From Lytechinus pictus (Eukaryota), in assembly GCF_037042905.1 (NCBI RefSeq), contig NC_087250.1, positions 5,830,001 to 5,894,000 on the forward strand: a DNA stretch of 64,000 bases. The letters are read 5' to 3'. Shown piece by piece: positions 1 through 13,929 of the stretch; position 1 is the stretch's first letter, and each line of letters begins with the position of its first letter. Made by a program: the position numbers and the translations under genes. The notes under the pieces were generated by a model, which was not told where the DNA came from, ran no database searches, and saw only the letters and a list, made by a program, of their open reading frames with translations.

Positions 1-20
1 TATGTGTGCGTGTTGGGGGA

Positions 21-474
21 ATAAGCCAGTTCGTAGTTCCTTTCTGCGCATGATCAAAAAGTTCTACGCATGATCAGAGGAAGGTCATTTGTACCAAAGT
101 GACATGGTGGTTTAAAATCTAATGAGATAAGCACCAACTTTGATGTCTTTATTATTCATATATTCTTTTGAAATGTGGTTTTCATTTACATCCACAAAAA
201 AAAACAATGCGTCCACGAACGACTGGCATTTAACAGTTTGCCAAGTTCATTGTGCAACATGCTATGATATGCATTCAAAGTAGGAATGCAACAAATACCT
301 TCATAAAGTGTCCATTGGTGTGCTATTCTTGTCACCTGGTCTATTCAGTTTCTTCATCCTGATATGTAAGGCAAGCTTACGTAATATCTTGCTTTGAAAT
401 CTGCCTATCATAATGAAAGAAATGAAAGGTCATTTGACCAAAATTGTCCATGAAGTAACTACGAACTGGTCTAT
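21..474. mobile_element. MITE (non-autonomous TIR element)
   Basis: Imperfect TIRs ataagccagttcgtagtt / aactacgaactggtctat. A related copy lies in the opposite orientation at 39101-39532. Confidence 0.7.
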
Positions 475-574
475 ATGCATGGCGTCGGGAGTGGCTTTTT
501 GAAACACAATTAGAATAGATGATTGCGTTCAGCACTGTGCACAATGGAAGCTTAAAAGTGCCACCCCGATGTTA

Positions 575-870
575 ATCATCTCGTCATATCTACATCTCTT
601 AGGGAAAAAGGATAAGAAATTATCAAATGGCAAGATCTTGGATCTCGTCATGTCTACATGTTGTGGGAGAGATGATCAGATGGCAAGATCTTGGATCTCG
701 TCATTTCTACATCTTGTGGGAGAGATGATCAGATGGCAAGATCTTGGATCTCGTCATGTCTACATCTTGTGGGAGAGATGATCAGATGGCAAGATCTTGG
801 ATCTCGTCATGTCTACATCTTGTGGGAGAGATGATTAGATGGCAAGATCTTGCATCTCGTCATGTCTACA
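575..870. repeat. 53-bp minisatellite, about 5 copies
   Basis: The unit start (gatgatcagatggcaagatcttggatctcg, with minor variants) recurs at 671, 724, 777 and 830. Confidence 0.95.
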
Positions 871-1189
871 ACCATATCGAAAACTTGCATACAGTGTACC
901 GGACATGTAAAAACATAGCAGACGACGTTTGCAGACCTCGCGATCATCGTATGACTAGTGGTGCAGAATGTTCCATTGCGGCTTTATGGGGGGAATAGCA
1001 TTACAGAGGGATTTAATGTATACACAAATAATACCAACCATGATATCTGTAAAGTAGGCTACCGACGTTGAGCTTGATTGAACCCATCGTCTGTAGCGAA
1101 TACACGCTAGGTCATAACAATAAAACCATCATAACAGAAAATCATTAAGATTGTACACCTGATTAAAATAATCACGGGGCTTGCATAAA

Positions 1190-1782
1190 GCTTCACAAGC
1201 TTCAGAATGCTTCAGAATGCATGCAGCTGCTCGCATTGTCATTTTTTCAAGTAAACGTTCTCACATCACTCCATCTTGAATTCGCTGCACTGGCTCCCTA
1301 TCAAAAATCGGATTATCTTTAAGATTTTGTTGCTTGCTTTTCATAGTATTCTTGGATCAGCACCACAATACAGTCTTTCACTTATCAATCACTACAGACC
1401 AAGCAGGTCTTTGCGCTCCATTGACATATCCACTGAGGATTATCTATTGTTACTGGGGGTGCTGTGACAATGCTCAGCACCCCCAGTAACGATAGAATAA
1501 TCCTCCATGGATAGGTCACTGTTGCGCTCATCCACTTCTGGCTTCCTTGTTATTCCAAAAGTTTCAAAAACTTGGGGGGACATTCGCTTTTGCATGCCCC
1601 ACTTTGTGGAATAGCCTTCCTGAAGTCATAAAGAAGTGTACCTCTGTCGAAACTTTCAAAAATCTTCTAAAAACTTTTTTTAATTTTTTTTATTTAACTC
1701 TTAGCTCTTTACGCGCCTTGAGCACTCTACAGGGTGGATTTGGCGCATATAAGTCACATTATTATAATTATTCATTATTATA
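1190..1782 (+). mobile_element. Decayed 3' end of an L2/CR1-group LINE
   Basis: LHWLPIKNRIIFKILLL..APQY..YRPSRSLRS and AFACPTLWNSLP..SVETFKNLLKT are typical ORF2 C-terminal motifs. A (tta)-rich tail follows. Confidence 0.85.
1419..1521. mobile_element. 103-bp palindromic hAT-like MITE inserted in the LINE
   Basis: Perfect 8-bp TSD ttgcgctc at 1411-1418 and 1522-1529. The whole element folds back on itself. Confidence 0.9.
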
Positions 1783-1834
1783 AAAAAAATGAAAACGAAT
1801 TGATTTTAATATCCCTTTTGTCCCTAATTTTCAG

Positions 1835-1998
1835 TTTTTTCCTGCTCACTGGATGGGTTTTCGAGAGATATTCGTACAGTACATCCCATGTAAACCCTAC
1901 ACCCTCACCGAGTTCGGTGCTCATCTTTACTCCTCTAATGGACGCCATGAGTTCAGGGCTATTGACGGGTCAGGACTGGCTAGAAAGGTTGGATTGAG
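1835..1998 (+). CDS. Exon A: FFPAHWMGFREIFVQYIPCKPYTLTEFGAHLYSSNGRHEFRAIDGSGLARKVGL(R), first half of the PDZ domain
   Basis: Acceptor ccctaattttcag, donor gtaggt. This frame is not the one in the ORF track. Ends in phase 2. Confidence 0.85.
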
Positions 1999-4699
1999 GT
2001 AGGTTTGTGCTATAATGATAATAATAATAGTCAGTTCTTGTATAGCGCATAACACATTATGAACAACGTCTCTATGCGCTTCCAAAGGACTTGGATATTA
2101 TTACCCTGGCTGTAGCTCAAGCAGCCTTTCCAGCGCTCGGCATTTCAAGGAATATGAATTCCTGCCAGGTACCCATTCACCTCATCTGGGTTGAGTTTAG
2201 CACATTGTGGATACATTTCTTGCTGAAGGAAACTACGCCATGGCTGGGATTTGAACCCACGACCCTCTGTTTCAAAGTCCGGAGACTAATCCTCTGGGCC
2301 ACAACGCTCCGCTCTGCAAGCACAGACTCAAATACAACACTAACCCACACTAATCTTTACTTTGAGACCAGCAGCTTGAATCATTCACGCATGGCATATT
2401 ACCAACAATAAATATTAAGGTCTATCCGAAACGATTTGCGCAGAAACTCACGTGTTAATCTGAATCCATTCTCACTTCAGGGATTAGAAAGAGAAACTTA
2501 ATCAATATGAAAGAAATGCCAATGAGCCAATCGTCGAATAAGCACGGTTGTCGTATCACGAACCAATCTTGTCCAATTTTTCTGCGAAACATGATTTTGA
2601 CATTAAAATTTCAAACTCACCTTGCTCATTAATGCGTGAAGTGTTTGTCGCATATTAGATTTCAAAATGTAGAGGAATAATTTGATTTTGTGATGATGTA
2701 AATGAAATATGATTGATTTACCTTAGAAGAAAAAAACTGATGGAATCCTGGTCTCCCTTTTTTCTGGGACGCCTTTGCAAGTAGCATATTATTATTGTTA
2801 TATCGCTATAGTTACTATCATCATTATCATTGAGTAGAAGAAATAACCAGTTGTCTCACGATGTAGCAAACATCGTGAGACAACTGGTTATTTCTTCTAC
2901 TCAACCCTTCACCACGATGAACCTCTTCCACATCATCATTATTATTATTATTACTATTATGACAAGGGTAGGAAATACGTAATGTGTGCAGTACAAAGCA
3001 GCCTAGTGCATGAGTGAATCTAGGCTCACTACTTCAGACTCTTCATTATGCATTATGCAAAATCCAAGGGTCTGTGCTTGCAGACTAATGCTATGCTAGT
3101 GACCCCCCCCCCCCGGATTTTCCCAGTGTGTTCAGTGTGCGTTAGTGTGGTCTAATAAGTGTGTTCACAGTACACAGGTTGTTAACTGTTTATTCAGAAT
3201 GTGTTGACCGTGTATTCACTTTGTGTTCACAGTGTGTTCACAAGATGTTCACAGTGTGTACACAATATGTTAGCAGGGTGATCAAAATGAGTTCACAGTG
3301 TATTCACAGGGGGTTCACTGTGCGTTCACCGTGTATTCACAGTGTGTTCTCAATGGTTTCACGTAGTTGAATCTATAAGCACATTGGTTTCACAGTGTGG
3401 CCATCCCCACAGTGGTGTCTACGTGTTATCATGGGGTGATAACGGTGAATTCAAATATGGCCACAACGGTCAGACTGTGCAAAAACATATTCTTTAGTAT
3501 GACAATATACATTTTCTCTGTAGTCTCCCACAATGCAAAATGCCACAGTAAACATATAATTTCTATGTGTGGGTACTTAATTGGAATATTCCATAGCGCA
3601 TTATTGTATTTTTTTAATACTGGCAGCCTTGATGAATGTGCTCCCCAGCGAATAATTTCAAAGTGTGGGAAGTACTCCACAGTCTGTCAATAGAATTTTA
3701 AAGTGTGGCGACCTTGAGGAATATACTCCAGTGTGTGTCAATATAATTTCAAAGTGTGGCTACCTTGAGGAATATACTCCACAGTGTGCGTGTGTGTCAA
3801 TATAATTTCAAAATGTGGCGACCTTGAGGAATATACTCCACAGTGTGCGTGTGTGTCAATATAATTTCCAAGTATGGCTACCTTGAGGAATATACTCCAC
3901 AGTGTGCGTGTGTGTCAGTATAATTTCAAAGTGTGGCTACCTTGAGGAATATACTCCACAGTGTGCGTGTGTATCAGTATAATTTCAAAGTGTGGCTACC
4001 TTGAGAAATATACTCCACAGTGTGCGTGTGTGTCAGTATAATTTCAAAGTGTGGCTACCTTGAGGAATATACTCCACAGTGTGCGTGTGTGTCAGTATAA
4101 TTTCAAAGTGTGGCTACCTTGAGGAATATACTCCACAGTGTGCGTGTGTGTCAGTATAATTTCAAAGTGTGGCTACCTTGAGGAATATACCCCAGGGGCC
4201 AATTTCGTTAAACATTTGCGACAGCGGCAAATCATTTTTTCAGCGGCATATCTTTGTTTCCGCAGCAAATATAAAAAAAAAAAAAAACGTCAAGTATGCG
4301 TTTCATAAAACTTTGACGGAGATCAAAGTGTGTCAATATAATTTCAAGGCGTAGCGACCTTTAAGAATATACTCCCGATCAGTGTGTGTCAATACAATTT
4401 CAAAGTGTGTTGACCTCAAGCAAGCTGTTCCAGGGTGCGCGTCATTAGAATTTCAGTTTGGCCACCTAGGAATACATTCCACACTGAACAAAATAATTTC
4501 ATTGTGGCCACTTTGTTAAAACATTACACCGTGTGCCAATTTAAGTTTAAAGAGTGGCTTGGGGAGTATACATTCCACAGTGTAAACAAATGAATTTCAT
4601 AGAGCAGCCACCGTGTTTTAATGCAGACCTAAAATTTGTATTAATAGGAAGCAAATTTATCACGTCAATAAAATACACTGATCATTTGCTCTGTACATT

Positions 4700-4730
<31 letters not shown>

Positions 4731-7700
4731 AATAACGAATTTATTTCATTCCAAAAGTTCAACAAGGTTACAAAGTAGAGCCAAATATAATATAACGTTA
4801 TGAAATGAAATAAAAACCTTCTGAAAAGCAAAGCTTGTTATTGAAGGTTTCCTTTAATAAATAAGACATATTAATGTAAAATAAAAAGTTCAATATATAT
4901 TCTGCAATTAGTCACGTAAATACCGCTATGACGAAGCAATTACTATTTCCACTTTCAGAAGACTTAAAGTTGAATTAAGAAGACGATTCCAAATATTGAG
5001 ATATTTACATTAATAGCAACCTTACAACCCCCCAAACACTAATAGGTGATTCGACCCCCCCCATTTTCTTTTTTCAAAATAGTGAATTTGAACGATTTAT
5101 CCCTACCCATTTTCCCTGAGTTCGCTCCTGCAATGCCTACCGAGACGGGTGTTCTTTGAGTGTGACGTCACCGGGGGGTATTCGGTCCCGGTGTAGTAAA
5201 CAAGGCAGTGCACTATGCACGTACTCCTTCATATGGAATAACTGCAGTTGAAGTTGTATCTGCGAGCCATAGAACTTGCAAAGAGGAAATGATTAAAATA
5301 TTTGTGGCCGTACTATTATTCCAAATATGTGAATTCCCTCAGAATGATACCATAGACCCTAAAGGAATAATTTCAAGGTGAATAATATGAAATTTGATCG
5401 AGATCTTCTCACCAGTCGATAACGTAGCAGACGTGTTATTATGACATATTTATCCGCGTGTGACGCGGCTCTTGCAAAAAAACACAGTTGGTTGTGGAAT
5501 TGCTTTGTGCCGACCGGCCGCCCGCTCCGGCGCAGCTAGCTGTCGAGCTACCGTACCGTTCTTGCTGTCTTCAACCATAGAGATGTATACTAATTACTAT
5601 ATATCTTTCTGTCTTCAACTCACTTCCGAATTGCGTTTGTATGTGTGACGGTGACCCCTAGCGTAATTAAATATAGAAAACAACTCAGAAGGCCGAGGAA
5701 GAATACTATACGTTTGGTTCAAGATTGTTCTGTGGAATGAGCTATGAGTGGAAATGATCCAGAGAATATAAAAGTGGAGTCAAAGACAAAAGAAAAGAAG
5801 AAAAAACGCCAGGGGATCGCTGCACGGCCATGAACTAAGTCGACATACCAGACCATAACAGTACACTCAATGCCTGGGTATATTGTGTGTACTAGTACAG
5901 TATTATGCGTTCAGCGCGCGCTGCGCTAGCCGCCGGAATTACTTTCCAGCTACTCACTTGATTGAACATCGTGATAAAATAAATGAGAAATAGTGAAAAT
6001 ATCATTCAATAACTCACTGTTTGCTATCTTACATCATGATTGAAGAGTTCATGGTGGTCATTCATACTGTTTTTTATACAGGGAAAGTAAAGATTTGTAC
6101 ATATCAGTCCTATTTGTTTGATTTGAGTTGCTTTGAAAAAAAATTGTAAAATATCTTTCTCTCTCTGCATAGCATTTCTGTATGACATTCAGGCACCTCT
6201 TATACTAAATTCCCCCCGGTGACGTCACACTCCGAGTGACTTTTCTGTACACTCGTCTCTCGGGCTCTGACAGGTGGCTAATTTCATAGACTTTCAAAGC
6301 AAAATATCGAGAAGGCAGAGGATTATTGTGACATGCTATGTGTTTGAACAACTTATATATACTATATATTGTATGTAGAACCTATATTTATGGAAACTCA
6401 CCCCCTTCTTAATTCAACTTTAAAAATAATTTTCACTTTCAGTGCACTTTTGTTATAATAATTTTCATTTTAGAATTTGTCAAAATCATTCAAAGCCATT
6501 CCAATACAGGATGCAGGAAGTGTAATCCAAAGTCATTAAAAAAACTCCCGAAAAATTTCACCAGCGGTATAAACTTTTCCAAGAACAAGAGAAACAAGGA
6601 AGGAAATTGAGCTATTAGTTTTTGATTACAGTATCGAAACAAAATTGAACGACATGTCTAAATGTCACGCAACCTGGTTTAATGACATGGACTTCCGATT
6701 TTTATTAGGCGACACGACATTTGCTCTGGTGACAATTGCTCCGGGCTTTATTTCGTCTGTTATATAGGGTTAAGGTTGCAATAGTTTTTTTGTTAGGTTT
6801 TAGGATTAGGATAGGTTTACATCTAGGGTTGGAGTTGATCATTCCAATAATGTGTGTAATTGGTGGCAGAGCAATTGTTACCGGGCCTAATGTCATGGAA
6901 CTTTTTATGAAAGAGAAATTTAAACAAATGTTTTAAAAGGAAACGAACATGGATGTAGCTTGTCATTTAGTGTGTGCATTAATATCTAGTCTGATAATGC
7001 AACTCAGTTTCAAATATCTATTGCTAACTATAATAATGATAATGATAATAATGATAATAACGGTATATTTACACAGGGGAGCCACTTCAGTTCCGAAATC
7101 TGTTGTCCCAGCGAGCCCTGCTATTATTATTAACTCGGCCCAAATTACACTGTTATACATTGGGTTAGATTGTAAACAGCACGTGGGTAATTATGTGTCC
7201 AACCAATTTGGGGCAGTATTTTACCCAATGCGGGAAGCATGCCCAGCAAGTTAAAAAAAAAGCAGCAATTACTTTAAAATGGGCAAAATCTTCATCACCC
7301 TTGATAAATAAAAATGCCCAATATTGGTTGGACACATAATTACCCTCGTGGAGCATTTTTTACACAATATTTTCTAGAGTGTAGCCTTTAATTTCATTTG
7401 TATATAATTATAAAGAAACTAAAATTTATCTACAGGAAAAGTACTTGGTTATATAATTAGTGCGATGTGAATTTAATGAGTAGTGAATTATAGTGTGTTA
7501 ACATTGAAGTGGGTTTATATCTATACAGTGAGATTGATGCATTATGGACTAGAAACCTGGCCAGATATGAGTAGGCCTAGTTGAGGTCTTGAGTGACTCC
7601 TGTTTTGTATTTGCTTTAAAAACATATTTTAACGGCCCATATGTTTCCTTTTTTCTTCTTCTTTCCAAATTTTGTATATAATTCCAACCTATATGTCGTT

Positions 7701-10700
7701 ATGTATTTGTCATGGCAATGGGAAACATGGATGCTGCGTGTATTATTTACCATACACTCTTAAATTAGTCGGGAACCCCCCAAAAAAAACTTTTAACCAA
7801 CCCTGGGCAACATACTGCCTACACAACTATTGGTGAAAATCTGCCCAAATTGGGTAATAAAAACTAATAATTTGGTAATAAATTTGCTCAATTGGATAAT
7901 AATTGCCCAGAATATTATATAAATAGTGTACAATCTATTGTACGATATACTGGATTATATGTACCACAAATATACAATTATCCCGAGTGCAGGTTTATTT
8001 CACCGAGGCCGAAGTCTGAGGTGAAATAAACCTGCACGAGGGATAATTATATATTTGGAGTTCATATTGTCCAGTAATATTGTATAATAGAACGTTCACT
8101 TTTTATTATAGTAAATTGTACAACACCTACTACGCGAGCAAATGGGAGGCTGAATGTCAAACATTTGTATCATTGCACACGTACCGCCGTTACACGGGTC
8201 AGTATGGAAGGCCGATAGTGCCAAAAACGTGAACTACCATACGTATGCTCAAAAAAGAGTACGTGTTCTTTGTCAAGAGTACGTGTTCTCCGTTAAGAGT
8301 ACGTGTGCTCTAATGGACCAATCAGCGAGCTCGATTTTGGTTTTATGCACGCGTATGCTTTTACCATACGTCAGCTTGTAGCATACGTATGCTCAGTCCA
8401 ATCTGAAATTCGTTCTTATCACTTTGACCAATCACATGGAGCCTTTCATTGAAGTTCGGAAGCGCGATTGCTAGTGCGCCATGCATGCATGATAATGCAT
8501 ATATGCACACATTATACTACGTTATAGAGATCTATTATTGTTAAAAGATAAAATTGCGAGGGAGCAAAGCGACCAAGCGAGGGGAGGGGTGGTCTGGGAG
8601 GAGGGTGTCCCACAGCAGGGAAAATTTTGCATTGTATCTCAAAAAACAAGATTTCTGGTGCATATTTGTGATGTGATTATGTGGTGTGTGATGTACTACT
8701 CAACAGTGGAAGTATTGATAAAAGAGAAAATTGCGAGGGAGCAAAGCGAGCGGTGGGGGAGGGGGTGTCCCACAGCAGGGAAAATTTTGCATTGTATCTC
8801 AAAAACAAGATTTCTGGTGTATATTTGTGATGTGATTATGTGGTGTGTGATGTACTATACAATAGTGGAAGTATTGTTAAAAGAGAAAATTGCGAGGGAG
8901 CAAAGCGACCCGAGCGGGGGGGGGGGGGGTGTCCCACAGCAGGGAAAATTTTGCATTGTATTTCAAAAGCAAGATTTCTGGTGCACATTTGTGATGTGAT
9001 TATGCGGTGTGTTATGTACTACTCAAGAGTGGAAATTATCTTTAAAAGAGAAAATTGCAAGGGAGCAAAGCTACCAAGCGGAGGAGTGTGTGGGAGACGG
9101 TGTCCCCATTATGCAGGGGCAGGGGAAAATAATGTTGGCGTCTCAAAAATAAACCTGTTTGAACCATGTTTGTGCTGTGATTATATTGATATGAATTATG
9201 ACATACTCTGAAAAGCGGGAATTGTTGGAAGAAAAAAAAAACGTGAGGGAGCGAAGGGACCGGGCGGGTGAGGGTCTGAGAGGAGAGGTCCCCCTCTCAG
9301 AGCAGGGGAATATTTTGTTGTCAGAAAAACATGCTTTCTGTGCATATTTTGTGTTGTAACTATGTGGTGTGTGATGTACTCCTGAAAAGAAGATATTATC
9401 GTTGAAAGAGAACATTGCCAGGGAGCAGAGCGACCGAGCGGTGGAATGTCTGGGAAGGGGTGTCCCCATCTCAGGGCAGGGAAGTTTTTGCATTTGGGGT
9501 CTCAATAAAAGTTTTCTGATGCATGTTTGTACTGCGTCTTTGTGTGCGAATGGAATACTCCAGAATAACAGAAATTTATTCCCGTTAACCAACAGCACAA
9601 GTAGTCAGTTTTATTGGGGGTATATTAGGCAAAAATCCATGCAATTTACTCAAATGTGCGAACGAGCGAAGCGAGCGAGCGGTTCGCAAAGTATAAATAT
9701 CCATGTCTAATAAGGAAATGAAATGACGATTGAGAGACAAAGAGAGTACATAATCTATAAGCCATGCAGTTTTCCGGAATGGAATATAAGTTGTGGATAT
9801 TGTAATAAAGCATTACTTTGAAGTGGTATAATAAATGATCAATTTTTAGCAGATTGAGGACTGTTAAACTGTAATGCGACCGGGGGAAGAAATGCGGGCG
9901 TTTCCCCTCCCAGGTCTGATAGGGATTCGGAGGATTTTTGGATATCAAAAGCAAGAGTTATAGGGAAAGCATGTTAATCTAAAATTATATTATGTCCTCG
10001 TGAACATTTCCTGCATATAAAGGTTAAATACAATGTCACAACTTGGAAAGAATGTACGAGTGCTAGAGAATGGAGGGAGCAAGCTTTGAAAATTGTATAT
10101 TTAAAATATTTATATATATAGTTAAGTGTTTTTCCTTTATTTCATAAACAAGAGATTAGTGTGATATGGTATTGTTTATTTTAGTTTATTTTGTCACCGA
10201 CAAAAGCGCTACCCCTTCTTGCAAAATCCCCAAAGTAGTTTTGTGTACGGTGAGTGGGTATGGGCGTACGAGCACACCTTTGTGGGGGAGGGGGGGGGGG
10301 GCGGGAGGGCTTAACAATATCAATATTGCCAGAATATCAGCCTTTCAGATTTTGTTAAGAGCAAGTAAGAAAAGTTGGTTATAAAAGCGTATGAATATTA
10401 ATACATGTGCATTCAGACATAAAATTACTCCAAATTTTTGAGGATATTTTCAGCACTTTGTTGCCGGAATATTTGCAAATGACTCCGGTTCCCCGATTAT
10501 CATCAATTTATAAAATATTTGGGGGCCAACACCCCCCGGGCTCATACGCCTATATGGGAAAGATACAGGTATACCGGTAGCAGGGGCCCGAGATGTGCGC
10601 CATACAAGAGGGCAGGTGATGTGAATCGAAGAAGGAAATCTTTTACGAAGGAAATTTTTGACACAATATCAAGTCTAAAATGAATATGATTGTTTTCGCT

Positions 10701-11444
10701 TTTTTTTTGGCATCCATCAAAATTTTTAGGGGGGCACCTGGGGGCACACGATATTTTTGGGGGCCACGTGCCCCCCCACCCTCGTAGCTACGCCCCTGCC
10801 CCCTCCCCATTTTGCCGAAAAGGTGCGTCGGTTATTGTTTTTTTCTCTGTTTCAATATAGTCAACCTCAGCAGTCTAAAACCTTTTTGCAAGAAAAATCC
10901 TTCCTAAATATTATAATTTATTATTAATAATTTCCTATTTTCTGAGATGAAAACTAGAGGTTATGAGCATTATTTGCAATCATGAATATGATTATCTCAA
11001 CAATCGACGCGTTCGCGAAGCGCGAGTTAAAAAAAATGATTTTCCGACCTCAAACTGGACACTCTATACACTATTGGCAATCTTGAAGAATAATGTGTTT
11101 CTAAGTAAACATTTCATTACAGATGATTATAAGAGATAGAGATTTTTACAAAGCAAAATTTGATAAATGCAAATGTACTTTTGATACAAAACAAATGGAA
11201 TATTTTTGGAAAGAACATAACAAATAGATAATAATAATAATAATAATGAGATATAGATTTTTACAAAGCAAAATTTGATAAATGCAAATGTACTTTTGAT
11301 ACAAAACAAATGGAATATTTTTGGAAAGAACATAAATAATAATAATAATAATAATGAGATATAGATTTTTACAAAGCAAAATTTGATAAATGCAAATGTA
11401 CTTTTGATACAAAACAAATGGAATATTTTTTGAAAGAACAAATA

Positions 11445-11501
<57 letters not shown>

Positions 11502-13085
11502 TATGAACAAAAAGTCGAAACGGGAATATTATTGTAACAAATTCAAAGATTTCGCGAAAAATGATCTAAAACAAAAATGGAAAGTAATAAAAGAACTCCT
11601 ACCAGCCATAAAGTCGGAGTCTGAAATAATTTTAAGATAGAACATGAAAGTGTGAAAATTGAAAACAATGTAAAAATTGGTAATGTATTTAATCAAATTA
11701 ATGTTTAATGGTTTCCGCAGATAAAATAAAGGGCTCCAGTACGCAAAGCCAACATGATGTACATACTGATGGCAACTATATGCAAAATGTACCAACCACA
11801 TAGGATACCTTTTCTTTTTAAGATATTAAAGAGGATTTTGTATTAAAAGAACTGAATAGTATTGATACGCGTAAAGCCTACGGTCTTGATGGCTTACATC
11901 CTACGTTGTTAAACTTTGCTGCTATTATCATTGTTAAACCACTAACATATATATATAAAACTGTTCACTTAAAACAGGTAGTGTACCCAATGATTTTAAA
12001 CTATCAAAAATAATACCCATATATAAAAGTGGCGATAAGACTCAACCGATGAATAATATAGACTCATAATTATCTATTTTGTCAATACCAAGTAAAATAT
12101 TAGAAAAACGAATTCACCAACAGTTATATGAGTATTTAAATAAGCATCCTCTATTGACTGATAACCATTAGCGTACCTACTCTGAAGAGTCACAACCCAT
12201 GCAAGGGATGTATCCCTGCCCCCCCCCCCCCACGACGAGTCACAACTGATCCCTGACGAGCCACAAGTCCTTTATTTGTGATTGAAGACCTTTTTTTTTC
12301 TTTGCATGTCAAATTTTTTGGCGGACGAATTTGCCCCCCCCCCTTGGAAAATCCTAGGTACGCCACTGCTGACAACCAATCAGGTTTTCGGCCTTTATTT
12401 CCACTCGACCATCTCTTGCCTTCTTGATATTTCAGAATATATTAAAAATATGAATAGTGGGTTTATAATTTAATAATTTAATAATATTGGTTTTAATCAT
12501 ACATCAAAGGCAGAATACAACATGTTTCAATAAATAGTACTTTAAATGATTCGTTAATAGTAAAACAGGAATCCATCAGGGTTCAACCCTTGGCCCATTG
12601 ATTTTTAGTATTTTCATGAATGATATTGCCAATATTGATTTTATACCATCTTCAAAACTCTCTTTATATGCTGATGATACGGTAATATTTTGTATAACAA
12701 AAACTGAAGAGAATTTGGAACATTATTTACAATCACAGTTTGATATGATTAATGAATGGATGGACAGAAACGAAATGTATATTAACGTCGACAAAACCAA
12801 AGTTATGGTATTTGACTCAGTACAGAAAATCAACAAATAAATGTTAAATTCAAATCATGTAAAAATCTAAAATTGGAAAACGTAGATAGATTCAAATATC
12901 TTGGAGTTACTATTGACCCACTTATGAAATGGACAAAGCATATTAACACTGTGTTTAAAAAAAGAGTTAAAGAAAGGGAAACGTTTCCGGGGGACCCCCC
13001 CAAAAAAAATTAAAAAAAATAAAAATAAAAATAAAATAAAATAAATAAATAAATAAATGAATAAATAAATAAATAAATAAATGAA

Positions 13086-13136
<51 letters not shown>

Positions 13137-13869
13137 AGAAACAAATAAATAAATAAATAAATAAATAAATAAAAAGAGAAAGAAGACAAACGGATCCGGG
13201 GTCCAGAGGAGCCATTACCCCCCCCCCCCCCGGAAAAAAGACAAACAAAAAAGGAAGATATAAGACATAAAGAAAAAGGTAAATGGGAGAGAGAATTTGA
13301 AGATAAAGAAACGGATCCAGTGAAACTGGAGGGGTATCCCCTTCGACTGCCCCTCATGAGGAAGAGAGAGAGAGAGAGATACAAAGAGGGGGATAGGAGG
13401 GGTAAGGAAAAGGGGAACGAACAGGATAAAGATGGATAACAGATCTAGGGACTAATAGGCGTCACCACCCACCCCCCCCACCCCCCAAAAAAAAAAAAAA
13501 AAAAAAAAAAAAAGTGGAACACGGAAGAGAACAAGAAGACAAAGAATAGAAAAAAAAGGGTATATATTTGGAAAAAAAATATGAAAAAATAAGAGAGAGG
13601 TGGATGACAGATAAGTCAAAGAAAAGGAAAAAAAGTGGGAAGATAAAGAGGAAATTACCTTGTACATTATGTACTTATTTCGACTCATTCCAATCGTGTA
13701 AATATGTAATTATAATGATTTATTTCAATAAAACATACAAAAAAGAGGAGAGGAAATGACATGTATAGGCTCAGTTAGAATAGAGGAAAAATTTATTTTC
13801 CCTTTTTTTTCTTATGGGGGGGGGGGGCCGGAGGGCAAGCCCTTCCAGTCCTTTGGATCTCTTCTATAC

Positions 13870-13929
<60 letters not shown>

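Noticed and set aside
1734..1997. 87-aa ORF with an apparent transmembrane segment
   Set aside because: Wrong frame. It starts in the LINE tail and polypyrimidine tract, and the overlapping frame gives the PDZ exon.
3650..4200. 59-bp array as CRISPR
   Set aside because: Head-to-tail near-identical units with no spacers.
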